Positions 38,951 through 53,856 of a DNA stretch of 64,000 nucleotides are shown here, piece after piece. The position numbers were made by a program, and so were the translations under genes. Numbering within the stretch: the stretch's first letter is position 1; every line of letters starts with the position of its first letter. This DNA comes from Vezdaea acicularis. Taxonomy: Eukaryota. The notes beneath the pieces are model-generated. The model saw nothing but the letters and a program-made list of their open reading frames with translations. It searched no databases and was not told the origin of the DNA. The stretch lies in NCBI GenBank assembly GCA_026025075.1, contig JAPEUI010000083.1, positions 1-64,000 on the forward strand, given 5' to 3'.

Positions 38951-41900
38951 ATGGCTCACAACTACGATGTGGGTACACAAGCATGGCAGCCCGATCAGAC
39001 GGAGGGATGGGTTGCATCCGAAGTAGAGCAGAAGATTGTCAATGGGGACAAGGTAAAGCTGGTCTTTAGCCTGGCAAACGGGGAGGTGAGTTCTCCTGAC
39101 CATAAATCTCAGCCTGCACAGCAAGACAGAGCACTGACTACGAGCGCCGCAGTCGAAAACTATCGAGACTACATTGGCAGCACTGAACAATGAGAGTGAT
39201 GCCTCTTTACCACCGTTGATGAATCCGTCAATGCTAGAGGCTAGCGATGATCTGACAAACTTGTCCCATTTAAATGAACCTGCCGGTGAGCCAAACCATG
39301 TTGCTGTACCGTTACTACTCGGCGCTGACGGCTACTTTTAGTGCTGCAAGCGATCAAGTTGCGCTATTCACAGAAGGAGATTTACACATACAGCGGTATA
39401 GTGCTAATAGCAACAAATCCTTTCGCAAGAGTCGACTCCTTGTATGTTCCGGGTATGGTCCAGGTCTATGCGGGGAAACAACGATCCACACAAGCGCCGC
39501 ATCTATTCGCAATCGCAGAAGAATCATTTGCGTATGTCATATGTAGATTCGAAATTGCTTAGCTTGTGTTAATAACGGTCTATAGGGACATGCTTAGAGA
39601 CAACCGAAATCAAACCATCGTCGTGTCCGGAGAGTCGGGAGCAGGGAAGACCGTCAGCGCCAAGTATATTATGCGGTACTTTGCTACTCGAGAGTCGCCA
39701 GATCGGCCTGGACAACGGAGTAAAGGTCGAGCTGATGCGATGAGCGAAACAGAAGAGCAGATCCTGGCCACGAACCCCATTATGGAAGCGTTCGGCAATG
39801 CGAAGACAACCCGGAACGACAACTCTTCACGATTTGGTAAGTATATTGAAATCATGTTTGACAGCAAAACAGAGATCATCGGTGCCAAAATCCGAACATA
39901 TCTGCTTGAGCGGTCGCGGTTGGTATTCCAGCCACTGAAGGAGCGGAACTATCACATATTCTATCAACTAGTTGCTGGAGCTTCCAACGAACAAAGAGCT
40001 GCTCTTGGCTTGCAGGATGCTCAATATTTCGACTATCTGAACCAGGGCGGTGATCCGCGCATCGAAGGTGTAGATGATAAGGAAGAATTTGAGGCTACCA
40101 AGGCGTCACTGAGGACGATTGGTGTGAGTGATGCTAAGCAAGCCGACATTTTCCAGCTCCTCGCAGCACTTTTACACCTTGGAAATGTCAAGATCAGTGC
40201 ATCACGGTCAGAATCTACGCTTGCGCCAACTGAACCCTCGCTCGTTAAAGCGTGCGAAATGCTTGGAGTCGATGCAGCAGCTTTTGCCAAGTGGACCACC
40301 AAGAAGCAACTGACCACTCGGGGAGAGAAGATTGTCAGTGGCATTACCCTCCAGCAAGCGAACGTCGTCAAAGACTCTGTTTCCAAATTCATCTATTCAA
40401 GCCTTTTCGATTGGCTGGTAGAAATTATCAACCATGGATTGGCAACGCAAGATGTCCTAGAGCGCGTCAAGTCTTTCATCGGTGTACTGGACATTTACGG
40501 CTTCGAACACTTCGCGAAGAACTCCTTTGAACAGTTCTGTATCAACTACGCCAACGAGAAACTACAACAGGAGTTCAACCAGCACGTGTTCAAATTAGAG
40601 CAAGAAGAATATTTGCGGGAGCAAATCGATTGGACATTCATCGACTTTTCGGATAATCAACCATGCATCGACCTCATTGAAGGGAAAATGGGCATCCTGA
40701 ACCTTTTGGATGAGGAGTCGAGGTTACCTATGGGCTCGGAATCGTCGTATGTGCAAAAACTCAACGGCAACTTTGCAGACGATAAGTCGAAGTTCTACAA
40801 AAAGCCCCGCTTTGGAAATTCTTCTTTTACTGTATGCCATTATGCCGTTGATGTGACGTACGAGACCGATGGGTTCATCGAGAAGAACCGCGATACTGTT
40901 CCTGATGAGCATATGGAAGTCCTAAGAGCATCGACGAATTCTTTCTTGACAGAAGTCTTACGGGTTGCCACTGCAGTCCGAGAGAAGGATTCTGCTGCCG
41001 CTATGTCTTCAAAGGTGGCTCCAGCTGGTCCAGGGCGTAAAATTGGCGTTGCAGTCAATCGAAAACCAACTCTGGGAGGAATATTCAAATCCTCCCTGAT
41101 TGAGCTCATGAACACAATTAATTCTACAGATGTCCACTACATCCGATGCCTCAAACCTAACGAGGGTAAGATTGCATGGAAATTCGAAGGTCCGATGGTT
41201 CTCAGCCAACTGCGAGCCTGTGGTGTACTTGAGACAGTTCGGATTAGCTGTGCTGGGTATCCTACACGGTGGACTTACGAGGAGTTTGCTCTTCGGTACT
41301 ATATGCTTGTACCTTCGAGCTCATGGACATCAGAGATCCGAAAAATGGCCGACACCATCCTTAAGAAAGCGCTGGGCAGTGGTACCAAGCAGGGCTTGGA
41401 TAAATATCAGCTTGGACTGACCAAGATCTTTTTCCGGGCAGGCATGCTTGCCTTTCTTGAAAACCTTCGCACCTCTCGTCTCAATGAGTGTGCGGTCATG
41501 ATACAAAAGAATCTTAAATGCAAGTACTATCGACGGAAATACTTAGAAGCTCGAAACTCGATTATCGAATTCCAATCTCGCACACGCGGCTATCTATCTC
41601 GGGTGCGAGCTGAAGAGATCCGAAAGACAAGAGCTGCCACAAACATACAAAGAGTGTGGCGTGGCCAAAAGGAGCGAAAGAAATACAATAATGATCGGAA
41701 TAATATCATCCTCTTACAGGCTGCAACTAAGGGCTATCTGTGTCGAAAGAATATTACAGAGACAAGGCTTGGGAACGCGGCAAAAACTATTCAGAGATCT
41801 TGGAGATCAAGGCAACAAATGCGGTCTTGGCGCCAGTACCGTAAGAAGATTGTTATCATTCAGAGTCTATGGAGAGGAAGGACCGCACGACGTGAGTATA

Positions 41901-44047
41901 AGGGTCTTCGAGAAGAAGCACGAGATCTTAAGCAGATCTCTTACAAACTGGAGAATAAGGTGGTCGAGCTCACGCAGTCTCTCGGTGCAATGAAGCGGGA
42001 GAACAAAACTCTGATTAGTCAGGTTGAAAACTACGAGAATCAACTCAAGTCGTGGAAGAACCGGCACAATGCCCTCGAGACAAGGTCCAAAGAGTTACAA
42101 GCTGAAGCGAACCAAGCAGGTATTACTGCAGCGCGACTTGAAGCTACGGAAGAAGAGATGAAGAAGTTGCAAAAGAGTTATGATGAGTCAGCCGCAAATA
42201 TGAAAAGATTACAGGAAGAGGAGCGAAGCCTACGGGAATCATTAAGGCACAACAATATGGAGCTGGAGAAAGCAAAACAGCAAGGCACAACGGCAGAAAG
42301 CGAGAAACTGTCTTTGAGACAACAGCTCGCTGATCTGCAGGACCAACTGGAGATAGCAAAGAAAGCCGTTCCCGTCAATGGCGAACCGAACGGCGCACCT
42401 CTTGCGCCAGCATCCAATGGTCTCATTAATCTTGTGGCTTCTAAAAAGCTCCATAGGCACAGCGAAGAAGCAGCGCGCGGACTCGCAGACCTGGATCGAG
42501 CTAATGGTGGCTTCAACCCTCGGCCGGTATCTATGGCTGTTGCAGGTAACAATCTGCACCGCTATGGTTCAAACCTCTCAGGCTCTACATTTGCACCTGT
42601 TCAAGACAATATTGAGGCGGAGCTTGAGAACCTCCTCGCTGACGAAGACGGCCTCAATGATGAAGTCACCAACGGCCTCATTAAAAACCTTAAGATACCT
42701 GCCCCTGGAGCTAGTACACCACCAACTGACAAGGAAGTCTTGTTCCCATCCTACTTGATCAACCTGGTCACCTCAGAGATGTGGAACAATGGATACGTAA
42801 AAGAGTCAGAGCGATTCCTTGCCAATGTTATGCAGTCAATTCAGCAAGAAGTCATGCAGCACGACGGGGACGAAGCTATCAATCCCGGTGCATTCTGGTT
42901 GTCGAACGTGCACGAGATGCTGTCCTTTGTCTTCCTCGCCGAAGACTGGTACGAAGCTCAGAAAACCGACAATTACGAGTACGATAGACTGCTAGAGATT
43001 GTTAAACACGATCTAGAGAGTTTGGAATTCAACATCTATCACACTTGGATGAAGGTTCTTAAGAAGAAGCTTTCAAAGATGATCGTCCCCGCAATTATTG
43101 AGTCTCAATCGCTGCCTGGCTTCGTTACAAACGAGAGCAATCGTTTCCTTGGGAAACTCTTGCAGTCCAACAACACCCCAGCTTTTAGTATGGACAACCT
43201 GCTCAGCCTACTCAACAACGTCTTCAAGGCGATGAAAGCGTACTATCTCGAGGACTCAATTGTCACGCAGACGGTAACCGAGCTCCTCCGACTCGTCGGT
43301 GTGACTGCATTCAACGATTTACTCATGAGGAGAAACTTCTTGTCCTGGAAGCGTGGTCTGCAAATCAATTACAACATCACTAGGATAGAGGAGTGGTGTA
43401 AGAGTCATGACATGCCGGAGGGCACTCTGCAGCTGGAGCATCTCATGGTAAGACATCCAATGGTGACAGGTTTAGAATACATACTGACATCCTCAAAGCA
43501 AGCTACCAAGCTTCTACAGCTCAAGAAGGCAACCCTCAATGACATTGAGATCATTCAAGACATTTGCTGGATGTAAGTTTTCAGCATTGTTTGTCTATCG
43601 GTGATATACTGACATCACCCTCAGGCTTTCAGCAAACCAGATCCAGAAGCTACTGAACCAATATCTGGTAGCTGACTATGAGACTCCAATCAATGGCGAA
43701 ATTATGAAAGCAGTAGCTTCAAGAGTCACAGAGAAGGGCGATGTTCTTCTGTTAGCGGCTGTCGACATGGATGACAGCGGGCCTTACGAGATTGCGGAGC
43801 CTCGAGTGATCACCGCACTAGAGACCTATACTCCAGGATGTAAGTCACAATAACATGTTGATTTGAATCTGATTTATTCGATGCTGATAAATTACCAGGG
43901 CTTCAGATCCCAAGACTAAAGCGACTTGCCGCGATTGTCTCAGCGCAAGCAATGGCACAGCAGGAGCGGATGGACCATGATCAAGGAGCTAGCCTGGACG
44001 AGGATCAGGAAGACATGACCAACCACCAAGCAGAGATTGCGGCTTAG
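38951..44047 (+). CDS. MYO2: Class V myosin
   Basis: GESGAGKT, NDNSSRFGK, DIYGFE, IQ repeats, coiled coil, DIL domain. Confidence 0.98.
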
Positions 44048-44856
44048 AATGGCCTTCTTTTCATCGCATAACAGTTCCCCTCTCGTGGCGACCGCGTTTC
44101 AATTCTTCTGTACCTTGTTTCATCAGAACAGCTTTAAACTGGCAATTTCTCCCAGACAACACCTACATAATGTCCTTACTCTTAGCGACCTGCCTGGAAC
44201 TCAGGCGAAGACCAAGGACAACGACTCTAACGACCTTATCGCCAAATTCGAACCCGTCACACTTCATCTCTAATTCTAACAGACTTGTGGTCTCTACCAT
44301 TGCGTTTCTGTACCAGGCAGAGCCAATTGGTTAGTTGACAGCCTTCTTGTTTATCACTTTCGGCGCATTTGAAAGCGAACGGTCTTAATGCATTTTGCTC
44401 GGGTTAGCACCAAGCCAGTTTTCAGAAATATTTGAAAGATTCTATGGTGGTGACAGTAGTGGATGAGATGAGATGAGATGGGAGCGCTTGACGATGGTGA
44501 TAGTAGTGGTGATGCATGTAGGCCTTGCATGAGAGGTGGCATTAGAAACCTGATGATGTACGATCGTAATTCTGTTCCATAGTTGGATGAATATCATGCG
44601 TGCATCTGTCACACTTTTCCCGCTCTGGTATCCAGGTCTCAACTAGAGTTGTCAACCTGATCTGCAACAGATGTGGGTCGTCCTAATGTCGGGATTCCGG
44701 AAGCCTTTTTAGCCCTCGATTTGGTTGTCCGTGGCACCGGGTAAACTACGGGCCAACCATTATTCGGCCGCTAAGATTTGAGCTTCGCGAAAGCATCCTG
44801 CGTGCACACTATCTTTTGATAACGACAACCCAACCTGTAACACCAGAATGCTCTGA

Positions 44857-47800
44857 ATGAGTCGGAGACAAGGTCTCCAATCTTTCGAAATGGAGCCTTC
44901 GAGCTCTATGCCAGTCAATCGCCCTCGGCGGAGCAGCTCGAGGCTCGTCGGGCACCCGAATGGCAGTTATACGCCCATGTTCCGGCGGGACTCCAACACA
45001 AGCACGTACGTTGGGACATTCACAATGCTGTTTTGCTGTTGATGTCTAACACGCAATAGGGCAAGCTTCATGACCGATGTCGAAATGGCCCAGGACGAGG
45101 TAATGTCATTTATTAGATTCGACGCTCTTGGAATTCATCCACTAAATCTTGAATTAGGTCTTTGCTGGCCCCATGTCCGAGAGCGTTCCGTCTAGTGTCG
45201 CTTCATTCGCGCATCGCAGACAGCGCGCAGATTCTACTGCAAGCTTTACGTATTTTGAGGACGACGATGAGCTACTAGAGGGCGGGGAAGATGAGGCTGT
45301 CGTGGACGACGAAGACGAGGAGCACATATTGGACGGGCTCGACGGACAGCTAGATCGAGACGTAGAAGCTGGTGAGCTTTCATCTCTCCGACGCAAGTCG
45401 TCGGCTTTCTCCAGAGCATCCACCGAGGATCCCCTGCTCCATCGGCGCGATTCGACGCATACGAACAGAAGCGGGTATGGTCCAGCGAACAGCCAGAAAG
45501 TCTATATCGTTACTGAGGACTTGACCATTGTCATTGCAGGATTCAAGACCAGCAGGGCAGGCTCTGCTATGTACATCGCTTCTTGTATATGTACTCTTGG
45601 ACTGGCTTATCTACTCCTGCGGTGGCTGCCTAGGTGGAGGGTACGCCTGGTGGGGTCGCAAAGCTCACTCGACGAGGCGACATGGACGGTAATTGAGGTG
45701 AGTCCACTAGTGTTCAATCTGGCTTAGAGGTATCTCTGATTTGTCTTGCAGAACCAATGGGGCGAATTCTCAACCCATGATATTGTCAAAAATCCCTACA
45801 GTCGTTCATTGTCATCTGTTTTTGGGCTCCAGGGTAAAAGGGAGTTTGGAGCCGACGAGGACTATGACGATCCTATCCTTCAAGATCTACGATACCTCGA
45901 TTATCGATATATTAGATTCTGCTATCATCCTTTACGAGAAAAGTTTGTCTTGAGCAATAGTTGGAAAGACCCAGCTTGGGTGGACGTTACGTTAATCCGT
46001 AATGGTCTTGAGAGCGAAGAAAGGGAGGTCAGGGCGTTGGTGTTCGGGAAGAACCTGATTGATATTGAAGAAAAGTCAGTCGCGCAACTACTTGTCAATG
46101 AGGCGTTTCATCCATTCTACGTTTTTCAGATTGCCAGCCTCATTTTATGGTCCTTGGATGATTATTATTATTATGCGACAGCAATTTTCATTATCTCTGC
46201 TTTCAGTATCGCCACGACACTGTTGGAGACCAGATCCACGATGAGAAGACTTCGAGAAATTTCCAGATTCGAATGCGATGTGCGAGTCCTGCGGAACGGC
46301 TTCTGGAGACACGTTAGCTCCAGCGAGTTAGTTCCAGGCGACGTATACGAAGTTACAGATCCGGCTCTGAACCAGTTTCCATGCGACAGTTTGCTAATAT
46401 CGGGTGACTGCATAGTTAACGAGAGCATGCTTACAGGAGAATCAGTGCCCGTTTCCAAGGTACCTGCGACCAACGAGACGCTAAGTATGCTCAACCTGTC
46501 CGCACCCTCTATCCGATCAGAATTAGTTCGCCATTTCTTATTCTGTGGCACTAAGATCGTTCGGGCTCGTAGACCACAGGACGGTAAAGATGATGAAGCA
46601 GTTGGCTTGGCCATGGTTCTAAGGACAGGATTCAATACGACAAAAGGATCGCTCGTCCGTTCAATGTTGTTTCCTAAGCCGTCTGGATTTAAATTTTACA
46701 GAGACTCGTTCCGCTACATCTCCGTGATGGGTGGTATCGCTCTCATCGGCTTCGTGGCCTCTTTCTTGAACTTCATCAGGTTGAAGCTTGCATGGCACCT
46801 GATCATCATCAGAGCGCTGGATCTTATCACTATCGTTGTGCCTCCAGCGCTACCAGCTACCTTAACAATTGGGACGAACTTCGCACTATCACGATTGAAG
46901 AAGAAGCAGATATACTGTATCAGCCCCCAAAGAGTCAACGTAGGGGGAAAGCTGGACATAGTTTGCTTCGACAAGACAGGCACGTTGACAGAGGATGGAC
47001 TTGATGTCCTCGGAGCAAGAGTTGTGCAGAAACCTATGAACCGGTTTAGCGATCTTCTGGCCGAGTCGACCGTCCTCCTGCCTGTGGCTTCTTACGAAAG
47101 AGACCCGACTGTGGACTATGACCTCCACAAAGCAGCTCTGTACACAATGGCGACTTGCCACTCGCTGCGAGAATTGGATGGAGAGCTCGTTGGAGACCCG
47201 TTGGACCTCAAGATGTTCGAATTTACAGGATGGTCATTCGAGGAAGGCGAGCAGGAGGCCCATACCGTCGAGGATGATGAAAATAATCAACTGACCCCGT
47301 CCATTGTCAGACCCCCACAGGGCATGGAGTTCGACCTCGATGATGCTGATAACGCAGTTAAATCACCGACGGAGCTGGGAATACTTAAGACCTTTGAGTT
47401 CGTCTCTCAACTCCGGCGTGCAAGTGTCATTGTACGGCAATTTGGGTCTCCGGGGTGCGACATCTTCGTAAAAGGGGCCCCGGAATGCATGAAGGAGATA
47501 TGCCACCAATCAAGCTTTCCGTCCGACTACGAAGACCTGCTGAATTACTACACTCATCGAGGATATCGTGTTATCGCTATTGCAACGAAGCATATCGAAA
47601 AGCTCAGCTGGGTGGGCATTCAAAAGATGAGCCGTAAAGATGCGGAGAGTGAGCTTCGATTTGTTGGATTCATCATCTTCGAGAACAAACTCAAGCCAAC
47701 TACAGCCGCTGTCATGGACGAACTCCTACAGGCTGGTATTCGAAAAGTCATGTGCACTGGCGACAATATTTTGACCGCAATTAGCGTTGCCCGCGAATGC

Positions 47801-49185
47801 AACCTGATAGATCGGACTGCACACTGTTTTGTCCCACACTTTGTCGAAGGAGATTTTCAAGATCCGAAAGCTCGGCTGAGCTGGGAGAGCGTTGACAATC
47901 CGATCTACCAGCTCGATGACCAGACACTCACGCCCCAAGCACCGCCTGCAGAGGGCGACGCCTCCCTACCTTACGATATTTCCAATATACGAAATTACTC
48001 CGTAGCGGTCAGCGGCGAAGTGTTCAGATGGATAGTCGACTATGCGTCGCAAGAGGTCCTACACCGTCTACTAGTATGTGGCCAGGTGTTTGCCCGTATG
48101 TCACCAGATGAGAAGCATGAACTTGTTGAGAAACTGCAGAGCATCGACTACTGCTGTGGGTTCTGTGGTGACGGCGCAAATGATTGCGGCGCATTGAAGG
48201 CTGCGGATGTCGGAATATCACTTTCGGAGGCGGAGGCTTCGGTTGCAGCGCCTTTCACCAGTAGGGTCTTTGATATTTCGTGTGTGCCAGAGGTTATCAA
48301 GTAAGTCTATGAGACTATAATTGAAGATCATTACTGACGAATAGCATAGGGAGGGACGGGCTGCTCTGGTGACAAGCTTCAGTTGCTTCAAGTATATGAG
48401 CTTGTACTCTGCGATCCAATTCACGTCTGTCAGTTTTCTTTATGCTTCGGCGTCGAACCTTGGCGACTTTCAATTCCTGTTCATCGACCTCCTTTTAATT
48501 CTTCCCATTGCCATCTTCATGGGATGGACGGGCGCATATCCAGTACTGTGCCGCAAACGCCCCACAGCTAGCCTGGTGTCACGGAAAGTGCTGACACCAC
48601 TTCTTGGACAAATCGCGCTCTACGTCTCTATACAGGCCATTGGCTTCTATGTCGTACAGCAACAACCCTGGTTCAAGCCACCAAAGCTCAACCCTAATAA
48701 ATCTAATATCAAAAATTCTGAAAATACAACTCTCTTCCTTCTTTCTTGCTACCAGTACATCCTCTCCGGAATCGTCCTAAGCGTTGGACCTCCCTTCCGC
48801 CAACCAATGCAAGACAACGGTAAGCCCACCAAGCCACTTAGGCTGCGAAAGCCAGCCCCTCACGCTGTACCCCACTACATTGGCTAACGTCCTGGTAGTC
48901 CCCTTCGTCGTCAGCATTGTTGTCACAACCTTGTTCTCCAGCTACATGTTGCTTGACCCGAATCACTGGCTGATGAAGTTTATGCAACTCACTTTCATGC
49001 CACTCGACTTCAGGTTTTTGTTACTGGGGTTGGCTGTTGCTGGCTTCAGCGTGTCGTGGATTGCCGAGAAGCGGCTACTGCCGCTCTTAGCGAAGTGGAT
49101 TGGGCACGCCAATCAGAGGCTCAGGCCAAAACATTATAAACGCAGGAAGTTATACAAGCTGCTGCAGCAGGAGTTGCGCTTGTGA
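44857..49185 (+). CDS. YPK9: P5B-type ATPase (ATP13A2/Ypk9)
   Basis: TGES, PPALP, DKTGTLT, KGAPE, GDGANDCG. Confidence 0.96.
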
Positions 49186-49458
49186 ATGATACTTTTTTTG
49201 CGCTCAATTGCTTGGGATAAGGCACGCATGACTGTAAATATAGAATTAGAGGGAATATTTGAGGTTTAGAGGTTCTCAATGACGTCAAACCGCTGCTAGT
49301 GCATTTCCGCACGGGGTAATCTTCACCCCGGTACATTTTATATGTTTACGCGTTTCACAACTTTATATCAAACCCTTAATGGCACACTTATAGTACCACG
49401 AGCTGCTGTGAACGAGTCACTGCACCAAACTCTTCCTTACACAGCCTAGACATTCACC

Positions 49459-50537
49459 ATGAATTACGGTTACCCTCCTCCACTCCCGTCCTTTACTCCC
49501 CACTAACCCCATTTCTAGAATGGATACTCGACGGAGGCTACCTCCCGCACTTCGTGATCCGGCAGGGCATCCGGCGCCAGTTACAAGACCGAATCAACAT
49601 CATCTCCTTTACCTCCCTCAGCCACGCCTACGACAAGAAAATGTCCTACGTCTCCGCCCTGCGCACACGCCCCATCGCCATCGAGACAGACAAGGCAAAC
49701 GACCAGCACTACGAAGTCGGCACCGGCGTCTTAGCCGCCTGCCTGGGTCCCCGCATGAAATACTCGGCATGCTTGTATCCGACAGGGGGCGAGACGCTCG
49801 CCCAGGCCGAGGTCGCTATGCTGCAGAGCTATGTGAGCAAAGCCGGCTTGGAGGACGGAATGAGCATTCTGGATTTGGGTTGCGGATGGGGTAGTGGAGC
49901 ACTGTTTTTTGCCGAAACCCTCCCCAAATCACAAGTCACGGCCTTTAGCAACTCCCGAACGCAGAAGGAGTACATTGACTCTGTGGCTGCGAAGAAGGGC
50001 ATCACAAACTTGAACGTTATCACGGGAAATGTGGTCGACTATGAGTTCGAACTCCAGAGCTTCGATAGGGTCGTCTCGATCGAGCTATTCGAGCACATGA
50101 AGAATTACGAGCTGCTCATGGCAAAGGTGGCACGCGCCCTGAAGCCGGGCGGGAAGCTCTTCGTGCATATCTTCGCACATAAGACAACGCCGTATGACTT
50201 CGAGGACGGCTGGATGAGTACGCACTTCTTTTCTGGGGGCACCATGCCCTCTGCGGATCTGTTGTTGTATTTCCAGCGGGATTTGGCCATTGAGCGGCAG
50301 TGGTGGGTTAGTGGGAAGCACTATGCGAAGACGTGTGAGGACTGGCTGAGTAAGATGGGAAGGAATAAGCAGGAGATATGGCCGAGTCTGGAGGAGACAT
50401 ATGGAAAGGAGAACGCGGGGGTGTGGTGGAATAGGTGGCAGATATTCTATTTAGCATGCGCGGAGTTATTTGCGTATGATGGCGGGGACACGTGGGGGGT
50501 GGGGCATTACCTTTTTGAAAAGAAATCAGGAGCGTAA
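49459..50537 (+). CDS. SAM-dependent methyltransferase, CMAS / coclaurine N-methyltransferase-like
   Basis: ANDQHYEV, MKYS, ILDLGCGWG, SIELFEHMKNY, FFSGGTMPS; short first exon ATG AAT TAC G. Confidence 0.9.
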
Positions 50538-50938
50538 GGGACGCGGCTTAGTGGTGGTACATCTTCTGAGCGTTCTCAAAAGCAGCCATCTCATTCACTC
50601 TTCGTCAGTGGGGGGACTCTATTGGCTTCGAGCAGTTCAGATAGCCGTACAGTCCGGTCATATGGATTGGAGTAGACTTCATGCGGTCTTAGGCGATATT
50701 TGGGGACTTCTGTAGGTTGCTTCAATGCAATTGCGCACTATGTTCGTTGTCTATGCTAACTCCTCGAGGGTCCAGTAAATCCCTGGTCTCATCGTTCTGG
50801 CAAGATTTGTTCTTCATAGACTCTTCTACTTTTCAAGCCAACGATCTTGTCCTCCAATCCTCTGAGTTCCATTTAATATATGCAAATGATCCTTTAACGC
50901 CAGGAATGCTTGTGACCGGTAGTGTATTAATTTCCACT

Positions 50939-51147
50939 TTAGTGATCCCAGGGGTGTTTCCATCCAAGCAATACCGGTCCATCCTTCTTCGCACGATACA
51001 TGAGCTACCCGGAAAGTCAGATCCCTACTTCGAAGTGATTGAGTTTGCTGAACATACGAAGAACCACATCGCTGCTCCAAGGCCCGTTGCTGCGAAGCGG
51101 TACAAGGGCCGTGCTGGATGAACGTGGACAGGGTGCTTTCCAGCCAT
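50939..51147 (-). CDS. Small mitochondrial complex I accessory subunit (NDUFB2/AGGG-like)
   Basis: Two exons: MAGKHPVHVHPARPLYRFAATGLGAAMWFF + LMYRAKKDGPVLLGWKHPWDH*. Confidence 0.8.
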
Positions 51148-51646
51148 CGCGGTTACTAGGCAGAGCCTCAACGACACCGTTAGCCTTACGAACCGTTCAG
51201 CTAATGAGGTTGTTGATAAATACAATCGAAGCTACTTACAGTGGTGTACGACGCGACAATGGACAATGAGGAGGTTGGTCAAGGAAGAATAGGAAGCGAT
51301 TGAATTAAGGTCAATAGGACCCCGGCACAAGCTAGCGAATCGGCTTTCGCCATTGTCGCGAATCTCAAAGTCGACCTGCAGCAGCGCAAGGTTCGTAGAT
51401 AATCGACGTAGGAATTTCTCTGACATGCTTTTCTTCTTCACGAAAACTGGAGCAGCTGGTGCAGATAATACCCCTTGTTCGCTGTTCTGATTCATTGTGT
51501 AGTCTGCTGGCAAGCTACAACACCAACGACCATTGTTCATTTACTTTCTTGCCGTCTTATAAGTATTCACTCGACGTTACTACCACATCTTGCGTGTTGC
51601 GAAATTCATACGACCATTTTCACTTGAGTGTAGTGTTTCTCTTAGC

Positions 51647-53856
51647 ATGGCGGCAACACCGAAGAGCTCGCAGCCGAAGATACTCGTGCCTGCAGAGAAA
51701 GTTGCACTTCGAAGACCGCTAGAGAAAGACAAGGATGGAGGCATCCGGTTCAAAGGGTGCTCCAAGATTGCGGACTATGAGGTACAAGCAAAGCTTGGAG
51801 AGGGCACATTCGGGTAAGCAGCGTCCCTGGATGAGAGCTAAGAGGGGACCTAGTGCTGTACTGACATGGATTTATTCGTTTAGAGAGGTCTACAAGGGAA
51901 GATGTCAAAGGACGGGCAGGGTCGTAGCCTTGAAGAAGATATTAGTTATAAATGAGAAAGATGGAGTAAGTCTATATCATTATGCTTCAATTGGCTTTTA
52001 ATAACACTGTCTGATAGTTTCCTATCACCTCGCTGCGCGAGATCAAGCTATTGAAATCTCTCAATCATGTCAACGTTCTCAAGCTTGTGGAGATGGCTGT
52101 CGAAACCCACAAGCAAACAAGAGGTCAGTACCCGCTATATGACCCAACTATCACTTACTGACTTTACTTGGATCCAAGGTGAGAAGAAGAAGAAAGCGAT
52201 AATGTACATGGTCACACCATACATGGATCACGATCTCTCTGGATTACTCGAAAACCCTGATGTCAAGTTCACAGTCCCCCAGATCAAATGTTACATGATA
52301 CAGCTCCTAAAGGGAGTCGCGTATTTGCATGAAGAGCAAATCTTGCATCGAGATCTGAAAGCTGCCAATATTCTCATTAATAATCGAGGAGTGTTGCAGA
52401 TTGCAGATTTTGGGCTTGCGCGGCTCTACTCGGAGCCAGTTCCACAGAAAGGGAAGGGTAATGGGCCTGGCGGCCGAGATTATACAACCATGGTCGTGAC
52501 CCGTTGGTATCGGCCGCCAGAGCTCCTGCTTCATTTGCGCAAGTATACTCCTGCTATAGATATGTGGGGTGTCGGGTATGTTAATTGTAAACCCATCTTG
52601 GACTTCTAGACTGTAGCTGACCTGTATATAGCTGTGTGTTTGCAGAAATGTTCCACGGGCGACCAATACTTAGTGGGCACTCCGACCAGAATCAGATCGA
52701 ACTTATATTCGAGCTTATGGGGCCGCCGACGGAACAGAGCATGCCGGGATGGAAGTCCCTTCCTGGCATACAGGGTCTCATTGTAACGACGCAGCAAGGT
52801 AACATCGAACAGCGATTTGGACAGTAAGTTCTCCTGTCAGCTCTGTCATGAGAATCGTCAGTAAACTAACGGATGCATAGGCATGGCGCGGACTTTGTGT
52901 CTCTAATGAGCCAGCTGCTGAGACTAGACTGGAGAAAAAGAGTCAACGCCCTCGACGCTCTTGAACATCCATACTTCAAGAAGTCGCCACTGCCTGCTTG
53001 GCCAGGTGATATTCCTCGATTCGAAGATTCCCATGAACTTGATCGAAGGCGATTTAGGGGCAAGCGTGCAGCTCTTCCTCCTGCACCTGCTGGAGGGACT
53101 GTTGGAATGGGTCAAGGGCCAAGTGATTGGGCCTCTCGGGCCCCTGGGACCAATGGTACGCAAGACTGGGGCAGCGGCCGTCGTCCAGGAGATCACGGCA
53201 ATTTCACGGCCCATACCGGAAATGTAGGCTTTGAACCACACCATGACTCTCGAATGAACCCAGCTCAATACGCCCAGAGATCTCGTGGTGGACATAGCCG
53301 TGGAGGTTACTCGCAACAAGATTCAGGTCGCCCTGGAGGTGGATATCAAGGCCATTCATCGAACCGGAATGCTTTTTGGCGTCAGCCCGGGGATAATGAC
53401 CCTTACTTTCCTAAGGATAACACGTGGTACGGGCCTAACGGAAAGCCATTAATTAACGATCAAGGGTGGAACCGTTCGAACGGTAGACCCACGCCAACTC
53501 ACCAATGGGGAGCTGATGGATCTGGGTCTCGCGATCAGCTGACGCCGAGGGTAGGCGCTCCCAGAGTGGATAGCTATGTACCCGACCGGGACCGCGGATC
53601 AGCTCGACCACCGCAGGAGGGCCGAGTAGATCGTTATATCCCAGGCGGCAGAGATGATGATGATAGACGAAGAGGCCGGGATGAGCGGAACGACCGATCC
53701 AGATGGAACGGTGACAGAGACCGAAGACGTAGCCGCAGCAGGAGTCCAGTGCGAGATCGAGACAGACCTCGTGATCGTGATCGTGATCGAGAGCATGATC
53801 GGGACAGAGACAGGGACCGTAATCGGGATCGGGATAGAGACTCTCATCGTCGCTGA
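51647..53856 (+). CDS. BUR1: CDK9-like kinase Bur1/Sgv1
   Basis: [53 protein letters not shown]-rich tail. Confidence 0.93.
53750..53842 (+). repeat. Degenerate hexamer coding repeat (Arg-Asp dipeptides)
   Basis: CGTGAT/CGGGAT/AGAGAC units encoding RDRDRD. Confidence 0.8.

Noticed and set aside
43448..43498. 17-aa insertion VRHPMVTGLEYILTSSK in the myosin DIL domain
   Set aside because: A 51-nt in-frame intron (GTAAGA...CTGAC...AAG)
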